From Octopus bimaculoides (taxonomy: Eukaryota), in the NCBI RefSeq assembly GCF_001194135.2, contig NC_068986.1:67661839-67703325 (forward strand): 41,487 bases of DNA, written 5' to 3'. Made by a program: the position numbers and the translations under genes. This document shows, piece after piece, positions 25,211-38,029 of this stretch. The stretch's first letter is position 1; every line of letters starts with the position of its first letter. The notes under the pieces are model-generated. The model was not told the origin of the DNA, did not search any database, and saw only the letters and a list, made by a program, of their open reading frames with translations.

Positions 25211-26825
25211 CTTAGTCAGAACTCTAATATTAATAATCAATAATCAGTCGATATGTCGGATAATTCCTACGAAATGTGTTTCAGTATAACTTACATTTTA
25301 CTGTTTTATGTGGTATTGAACAAGCACCAAAACACTGTGAATATAGCAACCAAGGTAGCATTCGTCCAAATGCATTTGTGTAATACGTGAATTATCCATA
25401 TATTTACAGCATTAGTTAAAGATAATATTAATATTGACACAAGGATAAAAGAAAATATGGACAGGTACTGTTGGTTAAGCAGATCCTAGTGTATTGTTAC
25501 TACTTCTTTTATCGACTAACCGAAAGGACGTAGATTTGAACTTAGATTTTAAGGCAACATAATTAAAGCGTTGTTCTACAGATTTAGATTCTAACCTTTC
25601 CAGATGAGAATAATAATATTACTAAACTGACTGAAAACATCTCACAACAGCGTTCTGTGTGCTAAATGTTCATAAGGAAAGGTTTACAAAGTAACAACCT
25701 TGAGTTGAAAAGCCCGATGAATTGGGATTTTTTTCCATAGACAAATGCGCCCTTTCGGTGTTTAAAATCTGAAATCAACAACAGGTGTTATTAGTTCAAC
25801 TAAAAACGCTTAATTGAAATTTTTTGGAAAATATAAAAAATGCAGTAAAGTATATTATCTTTTTGTTTTATATTTCGAAAATAAAATTTCGATGATACCC
25901 TGCCTTAACTTATAAGATACCCTTGAACTAGAAGCCAGCCTGTCATTGGGTTAACCCGTTATCCCTTACGTAGTGCCACCATTAATTTTAACTGAGTCTG
26001 TTAGAGCAACCTGAAGTGGAGTGTTTGATCAAGAACCAAATGTACCGCCCGATTTGGAAATCAAAGTCACGAACTTACAATGATTTATCCAACACCATAA
26101 CCAGAAGGCTGTGCAGCGAGCATGTACACTCAAACACATACACACAAGCTCTTGTCTATATGTTTACAAATGAGTGTGAGTTCGCAAGTATGTTTACGTG
26201 TGAGTGTGCGTGTACATGATTCTCAGCCCGCTTCTCAACTTGAGCATGTTTTTCAGTTGACGTCAACTCTTCCATGCAACGTATTTATTGGCTGTCAGGA
26301 CTTCCTATATGGGGCACATGCCTTTAGTATACTCTAAGGGCGTAGCCTAGCCAGCTGAGTTACCAACTTTTATTTCAAGGACCACACTGTTGCAAGTTGT
26401 TTTCTGTGATAGCTTTCATTTGACGATTTGTTGGACATGAAGATGTAGTAAATAATTCCCAGGTACACATTGTGTAAAGCATTGATGCTATTCATATTTT
26501 CTTATACCAGTCACTCTCATTCTCAATAGAACACTAGGGCTGATTAGCTGATACAGGGTCCAATCTCATTCTTCCATCGCTATATTGGTGTAGACTTTCA
26601 GCTCGTTTGAAGTTTTGTGAATTCCACTCGATTTTTGATAAGGAGAATATAATGAACAAAATCATATTGAACTGATTCTCCTGCATTTTCTTTTAACCAA
26701 AGCCAGGATCTTTTCATCACCCCGTTACCACCCTGTGCATAAATATATATATATATANNNNNNNNNNNNNNNNNNNNNNNNNNNNNNNNNNNNNNNNNNN
26801 NNNNNNNNNNNNNNNNNNNNNNNNN

Positions 26826-26853
26826 GTGTTTGTGTGTGTGTGTGTGTGTATGT

Positions 26854-26902
<49 letters not shown>

Positions 26903-26904
26903 AG

Positions 26905-26950
<46 letters not shown>
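26826..26950. repeat. (GT)n followed by (GATA)n microsatellite
   Basis: Direct reading. Confidence 0.9.
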
Positions 26951-28879
26951 TAGTGTCTGTTAAAAGTTAATAAAAGTTTGATAGGTTTGTAAGTAGATAA
27001 AATTGCAGATTTCCTACCAATTAACTGAATTTGTATTACATAGGAAATGAATTATATATTGCTACATAACATTTGAGAGAAACATAATTCTCCGTATATA
27101 TTTGTCTATTTTACAACAAATCAAATACTATTATTAACTGGAGAAAATGGATACTACCAGACTGTAAACGACAAAGAGAAGCTACGTAAGCTGTACTCAG
27201 TGATGTGAATGCTATTATCGAGCAAATATCAATTTACACAAATATATATTTGTATTGAGTGAATATTATGGCTTGTAGATTTACACGATATGGAAAGGCC
27301 ATACGTTATAATGGGTATCTTATAAATATTTGTATAAAATTATATATAACTTTTATCTCTTATTTGTTTCAGTCAATGCAATAGAACCATAATGAAGCAT
27401 CGCCCTGAAGGCGTTAGTCAAACTCCTTAACTATGACCCGAGAAAACAAAAAAACTAGGAAATAATGACCACATTTAAAATACTCTCTTTAAAAACTGAT
27501 ATATACCATCGCTATTTACTGCGGTAATAGATGACGGCTCTTGGACAATTAGAAAACTATCATGAAATGTCCACGGTAGGACTACACAAATATCTGGAGC
27601 AGAATAATATAAAATTAATACAAACTGCAAGGAACCACGAACAGAAATCTCTTGTGTGTGTTAAAGGGAGTCAGTAAATACTAAACAGTGGCTGAAATGA
27701 GAGATAGTTAAGACGAGAAAGTGAAACAAATAACAGAAATTATAAAGATGCTGAATTCTAAGCTAAAAATAAGGCTAAATAACGTCATGTTAAATCAATG
27801 GTAAGAAAATAGTTGATTTGGCAATTACCTGTAAACCATGAACAGAGTGATGATAAACTAAGGAAACCGTAATTTCGCTAGGATGCACATGACACAAAAC
27901 TGTTGGTGATGGAATTTCTCAATTTCTATTTAATTAATTACTCCATTTCCTCGAAGTTTACTGTATCGAGAAATATGAATTCACTTGCCAGTAATCATGT
28001 CATTGTGTATTAGTCTTATAAAAATTCAGGCAATATTTGTCAAACAATCTGAACAGTCTGAGTTGGTTGCAAAACTTTCAACCTTCTCCTATCGGCTTCA
28101 TCCATACAATCGTTGTGTGCGTCCAAGATGCTATTCCATTCATCCACCTACACTCGCCTGTATTAACGAATGAGATGTTCTAAGGGATGTATTTAGCTGG
28201 CCAAAGAAATCAGGCCACACAGTTCGTATCGAGGCATCACCGAAGGAAGGCGAGCAAGTATATGACGGATATTCTATTAATGTTGTTGGTTATGACAACT
28301 GGACATTGTAAAATACGTCGTTGATCAGGTGTTTATGTTTCAATGTTAATCCCGGGCCACATGTTCCTCCCGTTCTTAGAATGGCCATGTTAGGAGGATA
28401 AGAAGAAACGAAGGATACGAAATAGGTAACACTTATCCAGAGGGAATCGATTGGCGGACCCCTTACAATGCCCTCTGGAATCTTCTTGTCCAGGATATTT
28501 TTGAACCACTTCCTCATTTGGGAAAACGTTTCCTAATGAATTCACGTGTTTGATATTTGCATCTAACCAGAAGCTTTTTTTCCCTTTGTTTTCGGTGTAA
28601 GTTCAACACAACCGATCATTTAGCAAAGTTTCGTTTATGTGTGTTTAAATAAAATGTGGTCAACTCCTCGTTTATTTTATAATCCAGAGGACCGTGCATT
28701 TCATGGATCATCCCAAAAAGAATAATAACAAATGAAAAAAGTGCTAAAAGAAAATTTACAATAAGAAATGTGAACGGGTCCCATTTTTATGGCGAATATA
28801 ACAGAAATGGTGTAGAACATATAGGGACACTGAATCCCATAGTCTTCAGAGCAAATACCTATATACTACTACTACCAGC

Positions 28880-28892
28880 AATAATAATAATG

Positions 28893-28965
<73 letters not shown>
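28880..28965. repeat. (AAT)n microsatellite, about 28 units with one interruption
   Basis: Direct reading; abuts the SINE at 28967. Confidence 0.95.
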
Positions 28966-28966
<1 letters not shown>

Positions 28967-28967
<1 letters not shown>

Positions 28968-29261
28968 GCCCGGATTCAGTCGAGCTTACGATCGTGAGGT
29001 TGTGAGTTCGAATCCCCGACCGGGCTGCGTGTTGTGTTCTTGAGTAAGAACACAACACTGTAGAAATGAGTTGCGACGTCACTGGTGCCAAGCTGTATCG
29101 GCCTTTGCCTTTCCCTTGGATTAAACTGATGGCGTAGAGACGGGAGGCCGGTATGCATGGGCAACTGCTGGTATTCCATAAACAACCTTGCCTGGACTTG
29201 TGCCTGGGAGGGTAACTTTCTAGGTGCAATTCTATAGTCAGTCATGAACGAAGAGGGTCTC
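28967..29261 (+). mobile_element. tRNA-head SINE, family D
   Basis: B-box ggttgtgagttcgaatcccc followed by gaccgggctgcgtgttgtgttcttgag and a GC-richer body. The head resembles family C. Confidence 0.65.
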
Positions 29262-32200
29262 AGCAGCATATATATATATATATANNNNNNNNNNNNNNNN
29301 NNNNNNNNNNNNNNNNNNNNNNNNNNNNNNNNNNNNNNNNNNNNNNNNNNNNNNNNNNNNNNNNTATATAGCGGGTATGTGCATAGGACAGCGCGAGTAT
29401 TTTTAACGTAATTGAATGGTCGTCTCATCTTACCATTTCACTTCGAACTTACCTTCTACTAGCTGCCGTTGAGTCACGCTGAAAAGCAATCTCATAAGCA
29501 AAATTTTCTTGTCAATTTAAAACGGTAAAATGCATTGAATGATTCAATTAGTTGAGGAAATTCGACAAATGTATGAAGTGTTTGTTACAGTAAATCAAAC
29601 TTTAAAGTACGCCGACATCGACTTTAATTAACTATATTTCGCACACCGTACCTGGCTTATTCCATGATTAATAAATGGGCATATAATTCACGTTGAACTG
29701 CAATACAATGTGTAATGAATTGAGGATAATTTAGTGAACTATTAGACTGAAGATAAAGTTCATTGAATATACTTTGGTTTTAATGACGGAAACTTTGATA
29801 TCTTAGAAAATCTGCAGCCATCACCTGATTCTTTTTAAGTCTTTGCTTCATCAGCACATTATACCAAAATTCTTATGCTATATTATCATGTAAAAACCGT
29901 GTTCCTGTCTAAGAGACCATTCTAATGTTTGTAAAGTCAATAATAGAGACAATGTAATTGAGAGATTAGATATATATATTTTATATTCTTTTGTTGATTG
30001 TTTGTGTCATTCGTTGGCGATGCATGATTATAGATATCCGTTAATGGCTTCAGAAACTCATAAACGTGGCTTCATCGAAAGACTTATCAATTTACAGTGC
30101 TCTCCATCTCCTCTAACAAATAGGTGGATTGGACTGTTGAGAGATCAGTATCTGGTCAATGAACACAATACAGTGATGGTGGAATGGCACGAGCCGATGA
30201 ATGAATGGTTGCATGTTCGTTACTCACTCGACTGAGTAGACTTTACTTCATTGCCTGATTACGTATGATATGAAAATCCACAGGCTACGAATAAGTTTTC
30301 GTTCATCTTAGGTTAATGAAGGCATGCAGGAAATATATGTACAATCGATAAATCCTATGGCTTTTTAACCAGTATTGATTTTTGCCTTACCCTTATCAAC
30401 TCAATAAATTCAATATTAATATTAATAAAATCATAAACACACAAGTTATGTTGGAAAGAAAGAAATCGTTTCGCCTTTTTACTCCTGTAAATTATGAAAA
30501 TATGTATAAAATTATAATTAAGGAACATACTATGTCAAATTGAACAAAATATATCATTCGAGAATTAAGCAGGTTGTTGTTTCTTGGAAGCCCGTAAGCG
30601 CTGATCCTGCAGAACTTTATATATAGACATATTACAAATATGATTTTTTAGACATGGTACAGCAAATTTACTTTCAAATATACTTCAGCTCTTATAACTC
30701 CATTTCCTTTGGATGGAAATATATTTGACATATTTCTAGCAGATTAAGCAACTGCAAATAGGCTCGATCATTGGCTCATGATGTTGACTCTATTCAAAGT
30801 TGTTTTATGTCGTAGACGTAAAATGTGCAGCTGACGAATCATATATATCGCGAGATCAAATATATATCAGGTAGATTTCTGTGTTGGAAATTTTACTTCA
30901 AAATACCTTGTTTGAGCTCGCTGACAGGATACCCGGTGAAAAGTATAATATGGCTTATTTAACAATTTCGATCACAGAAGATCAAGAAATCCACTATAAA
31001 TAGTTATGTAGGTGGGAATGAGTTGTATAAAATAAACAAAATTGAACACCAGGAAATAATGAAATATCATATCTTTAATTTTTATACACGTCAATGTTGT
31101 TCAAAAATGGGGTGAAAACATGACCATCATTGCATTAATGAATAAGTTATACTTTTAATCTTGTAAATAGCTAAAATCTTTCTTATTTGAAGAGCTAGAC
31201 AGAAAATATATATTTCAGTGTGTGGTGGAGAGGCCATGTACGTCTGTATGTACGTAATGGCTATATTATTGTGTTCCTGTCAGTTCCACTGAGTGCTTTC
31301 TCAGGCGAATGCATATTCAGCAACTAGAATGAATATATTTACATATGCCGGGGCGTTTAACAGTTTTTCGTTTTCACTTTCTAAAACTTATTATGTATAC
31401 AACAATAATTCTCCACTCTAGTATTTAATTTGTCATCGTTTCATTGAATACGAATGTGAAACAATTCAGATTGTTTAATCACCATTCATATAAAATTTAT
31501 TTTATTTTAAATAAATACAAACAGTAAAATTATAGTATAATTTCCATTGGTATGGAGTTTATTTTGAATAGAAATGTTCTAACGTAGCATTACATCTCGC
31601 GATTCATTGTATTGTATATTAAAATTATACAATATAGCATTTCACTTTAGAAAGCATTGTGTTTTAAATTAATGCAGTTGTTGTTGTTTAGGTCCCTCGA
31701 GACTGATCCACGATTAAAGGCGTTCATCCAGCCTTTCAGATTATTCTGTTTACTGTATCCTTTCTTATGATAGTACAGTGTATTTCAAGGGACATGTGTA
31801 TGTTATTTCTAGCATGTCGATCGACGGCGTAAAAGTTCTCTCGCCGACTCATAAATTACATTCATTTCAAAAGTAGGGAGAAGGCAAAAGCTAACAATGT
31901 TATCTTTGAATTATTTCAGTTGGGTTATCTCTAAAATTGGTGGACGTTTTCAGTATAACCGGCGTAGAAAGTCTTTCATATGGAAACGGTTTTATAGTAT
32001 TCGAAAGGGAAAAATGGTTAGGATAAAGATATTGCTCATAATAGTCTTTGAGTATATTATTGTAAGGTATACTAAAACAGCAGCAAGGATTGAAGACACA
32101 ATTTCGTGCCTTGCGGGGATAATCTATCGATCCATCTATCTGTCTGTCTGTTTGTTTGTTTGTTTGTCTGTCTATTCATCTATCTATTTATATATACAAA

Positions 32201-32589
32201 GACTCTCCAGTCGGTTTCGATGTATGTGGATCCGGCAGCCTACATGTTCTTTGTCAGTCATAATGCTTAAGTCAAATGTGACATATAAGTCCCACCAACG
32301 ATGTGCATAGAATCCCTCACAGATGTTGCATGTATGAGGATTACAGGTCAGTGCAGGCGGTATCTTTGCAGCCGCGTTTCCCCTTTGCGTTGCACCCCTG
32401 AGGCTGTTAATACTAACTAAAACGCAATCTCTTAAACCATTTTGACATGACGGTTTCCATTTTTTACGTTCTAAGGCTGTTTGTTGAAAAGTTTTGTTAG
32501 CAATATTGACTGGTGAGAGGTTGCTCTCTTCAGCTTGTCCATATATCTGAGCTGTGGTGTGTGTGTATTTACGTATTTACGTATGTGTA

Positions 32590-32740
32590 TCTTTGTGTCT
32601 GTGTTTGTCCCCCACCATCGCTTGCCAACCGATGCTGGTGTGTTTATTCCCTTTCACATAGCGGTTCAGCAAAAGTGACCGATAGATTAAGTACCAAGGT
32701 TACAACAAATAAGTCCTGGGGATCGATTCCTTCAACTATA
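32590..32740 (+). mobile_element. SINE family A, internal/3' fragment directly upstream of the LINE
   Basis: tttgtcccccaccatcgcttgccaaccgatgctggtgtgttt...gcggttcagcaaaagtgaccgatag matches the reverse complement of 18460-18555. Confidence 0.8.
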
Positions 32741-33208
32741 ACAAGTAAAAGTTCTGGGGTTGATTTCTTCGAGGAGAAAAAAAAAATTTATGCAGCAGGG
32801 TTCGAACCTAATGCTAAACCCATAATCGGAACCTGAATATTCTACATAAAGGGAGTCTGCTGACATGGAGAGAAGGGGACACGCTGCCACTTTGTACACC
32901 TAAAAATAAGGCAAGATAGAATGCACAGCAGTTACCACTCTCCACCCGGCAATCAGGATAGGCACCCACGTCCAGGAAAGTCCACACCCCTGTGCATACC
33001 AACAAAAAAGACTGCCAACAAGCTATACGCGGCTGCGGTGCGAGCTGTAGCAGCCAGACAGCAACATTTTTTTAAGTATCGCACAAAAGTTAACGCAGCA
33101 GTTATCAGGGCTTCAAACGAAATTAAATCATGTACTCCCACACACATGACCACCACAAGTAATGGACCAAAGACGGCCACCACTGCCGCCGAATTGTCCA
33201 TCACACCA

Positions 33209-33667
33209 ATTCTACTGATGAACATCAGAGGCCACTTGTAGAACAACAGCATGAACACAATTGCATACTTGGGAGAACTGTCTGCATGCAATCAAGTTAT
33301 ATGTTGCATTACTCTCACAGAGACTCATCTGTCTGCAGACATACATGATGAAGTATACATACCAATGTATACTTTGTTCCGCACAGACAAAATAGAGAGA
33401 AGACACGGTGGAGTTATGATGTACATGCGTGAATATATCACATCATTGACACAGCTGTCGCATTCGAATGAGGTTTGCGACACACTCATAGTACATGGAC
33501 AGCAACTTGACGTGATAATATGCATATTATACCGTCCATCCGATGCTTCAAAGTACGATAGCATGTTTGAGGAATGACTTACAACGATAAAAGAAGTACT
33601 CACAAACCTAGACCAATGCCTTAATGTACTTCTGGTGGGCAACTTCAACTTCCCCAACATTAAATGG
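33209..33667 (+). pseudogene. LINE apurinic-type endonuclease domain (disrupted)
   Basis: ILLMNIRG, TLTETHL, LFRTDKIERRHGGVMMY, ILYRP, LVGNFNFPNIKW, with in-frame stops at 33239-33241 and 33575-33577. Confidence 0.9.
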
Positions 33668-34609
33668 CCTGACACGAAAAGAATGCAATCAGACAGGATC
33701 TCTAGTAGATCCTACGAAAATGATGTTCATGGAGAAGTCCGTACTTTCCCCAACCAGAAATAACAACATCCTGGATCTCTGCTTCACGAACAACATGGAA
33801 CTTAACCACAACATAAACATATCACCGTCTACCGACTCAGACCGTAACATGATAGAACTGTCAATATATGGTCCAAAGCTAATTAAAGAATCATACAACA
33901 CTGATGGATGAACTTTTACAAGTCTGACTGGAAGTCCATCAACAAAGAGATACTCCAGCAAAAGAGGCTTAAGAGTCTGTCTAAGCAAGACACTGACATG
34001 AAATTCATTCATGTCAATAATGGGAGCGAGCCATATACATTAAGTTTGTCCCAGAGAAGAAAACTACCATACATAAGAAGATTATTCCCCGAGATACAAG
34101 AATCCTGGTGAGACAGAATATAAAGATCTGGAGCCTAATGACAGCAAGAATCCCTATCTCAAAATGGCGCTGTTAGAGACTGAGAATAAAATCAGAATCC
34201 CATAAAACGGAAAGGGTAGACAGACAAGCCAGGGCAGTGGAAAATATAAAAAGAAACCCTAAAGCCTTCTACAAGTTCGCAAAAGAATCTGCCTCAGTGC
34301 GTACAGGATAGGGCCACTGTTTGATGAAAAGGTCTCACTAACTGCAAACACCAAGTGGATAAGTGAAGCACTCAATAAAAAATTCCAAAGTGTTTTCACC
34401 TCCCCGCTACAAAACATGAAAATAAGCAGACATGATGAATTCTTCAACACTTCTAACCTACAACAGAAAAAGTCGACCGTCAATTACATTGGCATTACAG
34501 AAGAGAGTGTATTGTCGGCTATTGACGATATAAATCCAAATTCTGCAACAGCAAATCTGTTAAAGACATGCAGGAACGCTCTTGCAAAATCACTGCAAGC
34601 GCTTTTCCA

Positions 34610-35015
34610 GAGTTCCCTTGAATGTGGTACATTTCCTCAAATGTTAAAAGAAGGAATAATCTGCCCTGTCCACAAAGGAGGAAACAGAGCAGATGCTATA
34701 AACTACAGGCCTATCTTTCTCACCTTGCATGACAGCAAGATCATGGAACTCATTGTCATAAAAAGACTGACTTGATTATAGACACGCAACATAGTGTCCA
34801 GCTTGGAATGAGCTGCCTAACACAGCTACTACAGCACTTTGACTGGGTACTAAAACAGCAGCTCAACCATTCAAATGTGGACGTGATATATCTCGACTTT
34901 GCCAATGTTGATCATGGAATATGTCACAAATTACGCGACCTTGATATCGCTGGTAGACTGGGAGAGTGGCTACATTATTTCCTGAAGAATAGAAGTTAGG
35001 CTGTCGCTGCAAATA

Positions 35016-35061
<46 letters not shown>

Positions 35062-35330
35062 CTGACACCAATCCTAAGTGGAATCCCCCAGCGATCAGTG
35101 CTGGGACCACTACTGTTTATGCTTGCTCTCTCGGACACGCCCTCAGCCACAGAGTCAACCACACTCACTAACTACGCCGATGAGACAAAAATGTCGCAAG
35201 CGGTCAAGAAACCCACTGACATCTTAAGACTGCAGAATGACCTGAATGCAACATATAAATGGGCTGATGAGTATAATATATAGTTCAATGGCGCAAATTT
35301 TCAAGCACTCCGTTATCATCCCACAAACAA
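34610..35330 (+). pseudogene. LINE reverse transcriptase domain (disrupted)
   Basis: ICPVHKGG...NYRPIFLT, SCLTQL, VDVIYLDFAN(V)DH, GIPQRSVLGPLLF, YADE (degenerate YADD), LQNDLN..YKWA; stops and frameshifts present. Confidence 0.92.
35019..35058. repeat. (CT)20 microsatellite inside the LINE RT domain
   Basis: Direct reading; flanked by RT codons ...AANS and ELTPILSGIPQ... Confidence 0.95.
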
Positions 35331-36203
35331 ACTACAGCTAAAGTTTACGGGACCAGCAGGCAATGTAATCGCAGAGCTAGTGTCCGTGCGTGACCTGGGT
35401 ATCCACATGAGCACGGATGCAACTTTCCATGTGCACATTGCTCAGATGGCAACACAATGCAGGCGGACGGCAGGTTAGATCTTTAGATCCTTCAAGACCA
35501 GTAACAGAAACACAATTCTTCTGCATTGGAGAACATTTGTCCTCAGTTATCTGGACTAGTTCTCCCAACTGTGGTCCCCACAGAGTGTAGAACTAATTGC
35601 CGAACTAGAGGCGATCCAGCGCCACTACACAAAAAAGATAGACTCAGTAAAACATATGTGCAATTGGGAGAGGTTGAAGGTACTGGGACTCTACACCCTG
35701 GAGAGGAGACGTGATAGATATGCAGTGCTTTACATATGGAAAATAATGGAGGGTCTAGCACCAAATTTCGGAATCGAACTGAACGGTATTGCACGGTACC
35801 AAAGATCCCATCTTCTCCATCGAGGATACGAACCAAATATTGTAAAAAACTTGGGATTCAAGAGATCACAATTTTTTAATGCCCTATCACAGAACATCAG
35901 GGATCTGTAAGGTGTAGACATACAAGTCTTCAAAAAACGCCTAGTCAGTTTTTTATCTGCAATATCAGATGAACCCACAATACTGTAGGATGCACAAAGA
36001 AGAGCATTAACGTCCAATTCGCTACTTAACCAGAATCAACACGAGAAAAATGCCCGGATGCAGTAAAGGCATTGCACCAGCATGGCCTCAGCCTCTGGCT
36101 GAAACCCATAAAAAAGATATAAATATATGTGTGTATGTATGTATGTATGTATATACATGTATGTATATGCATGTATATGTATATATACATACACACACAC
36201 ACT

Positions 36204-36251
<48 letters not shown>

Positions 36252-36971
36252 NNNNNNNNNNNNNNNNNNNNNNNNNNNNNNNNNNNNNNNNNNNNNNNNN
36301 NNNNNNNNNNNNNNNNNNNNNNNNNNNNNNNNNNNNNNNNNNNNNNNNNNNNNNNNNNNNNNNNNNNNNNNNNNNNNNNNNNNNNNNNNNNNNNNNNNNN
36401 NNNNNNNNNNNNNNNNNNNNNNNNNNNNNNNNNNNNNNNNNNNNNNNNNNNNNNNNNNNNNNNNNNNNNNNNNNNNNNNNNNNNNNNNNNNNNNNNNNNN
36501 NNNNNNNNNNNNNNNNNNNNNNNNNNNNNNNNNNNNNNNNNNNNNNNNNNNNNNNNNNNNNNNNNNNNNNNNNNNNNNNNNNNNNNNNNNNNNNNNNNNN
36601 NNNNNNNNNNNNNNNNNNNNNNNNNNNNNNNNNNNNNNNNNNNNNNNNNNNNNNNNNNNNNNNNNNNNNNNNNNNNNNNNNNNNNNNNNNNNNNNNNNNN
36701 NNNNNNNNNNNNNNNNNNNNNNNNNNNNNNNNNNNNNNNNNNNNNNNNNNNNNNNNNNNNNNNNNNNNNNNNNNNNNNNNNNNNNNNNNNNNNNNNNNNN
36801 NNNNNNNNNNNNNNNNNNNNNNNNNNNNNNNNNNNNNNNNNNNNNNNNNNNNNNNNNNNNNNNNNNNNNNNNNNNNNNNNNNNNNNNNNNNNNNNNNNNN
36901 NNNNNNNNNNNNNNNNNNNNNTATATGGGCGTGTATGTATAGATCTGTTTACATTTCTGTTTATGCGCCTA

Positions 36972-37011
<40 letters not shown>

Positions 37012-37749
37012 GTAGAACACTACACATCCATACATGAATTTAGGCAGTGCAAGTTCCATTAATCTAATCGCGATATTCAGCTTCTGAAAATATGCATCAG
37101 CTCAGTGTACACTCGGGGTTTGAAGTTATGATTTTATGAATGAAACAGACGAGAAAAATGGACCTTAAATATTCTGCGTAAAAAATATATATAGAATATT
37201 AACTACAAGTTACTTAGCAGGGCATATAGGCATTTCAGTGATCATTCATTTTGGCAGTAGCGGTTAATCGTAAGACAATTATTCGTTTAATCACACGATA
37301 TATAGCAACTGATGTCATTATGTCTGGTTTGCATATAAATCAACCAGAAATGTTAAAAACAACGGAATGATCATTTTGTGTATGAGCGAAAATAATAACT
37401 ACCGTAGTGAATTTAATTTGGGACATTTAGAACCATACTAGAAACTATGCAAGAGATAGACGCACAGGAACCTATGCAGTACAGATTTAATTAATCTAAG
37501 TGAGATATTCAATCACTGAGAGTGCACAATGATTTAATAAATATGTCTATGTGAATTAAACAAATTCAAAGAGTGGGTCTAACACACCACACAAAGGAAA
37601 ATTTGAATACTTATAAATCTTGCGTGTATGTGCGCGTATGCATCTCTGCATGTATTTTGTGGTCATCCGTCTGTATTCTCTAGTGTTTCTCTTACGTAAA
37701 TTCTTTTAATATTTACATATCTTTCTCTCCCGCTGTATCTCTCCTGTCA

Positions 37750-38029
<280 letters not shown>

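Larger units (their letters stand above)
32830..36120 (+). mobile_element. Decayed CR1-clade non-LTR retrotransposon (APE endonuclease + reverse transcriptase)
   Basis: Fragmented translation shows APE motifs, the linker PKAFYKF, RT motifs, the CR1-typical C-terminus LGLYTLERRRDRYAVLYIWKIMEGL, and a 3' tail ending in an A-rich/microsatellite tract. Many stops and frameshifts. Confidence 0.93.

Noticed and set aside
28980-29025. tRNA-like B-box sequences (also 9370-9420, 12840-12880, 17061-17120, 18690-18750)
   Set aside because: These are SINE heads without a complete cloverleaf; not tRNA genes.
28770-29229. Poly-Ile and poly-Leu ORFs
   Set aside because: Translations of the (AAT)n array and the adjacent SINE.
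800-37037. Long track ORFs containing X runs (e.g. 800..2062, 5358..5976, 12796..13473, 17256..17876, 22297..23335, 36050..37037)
   Set aside because: They are open only because N gaps and flanking (AT)n/(GT)n contain no stops; not evidence of coding.
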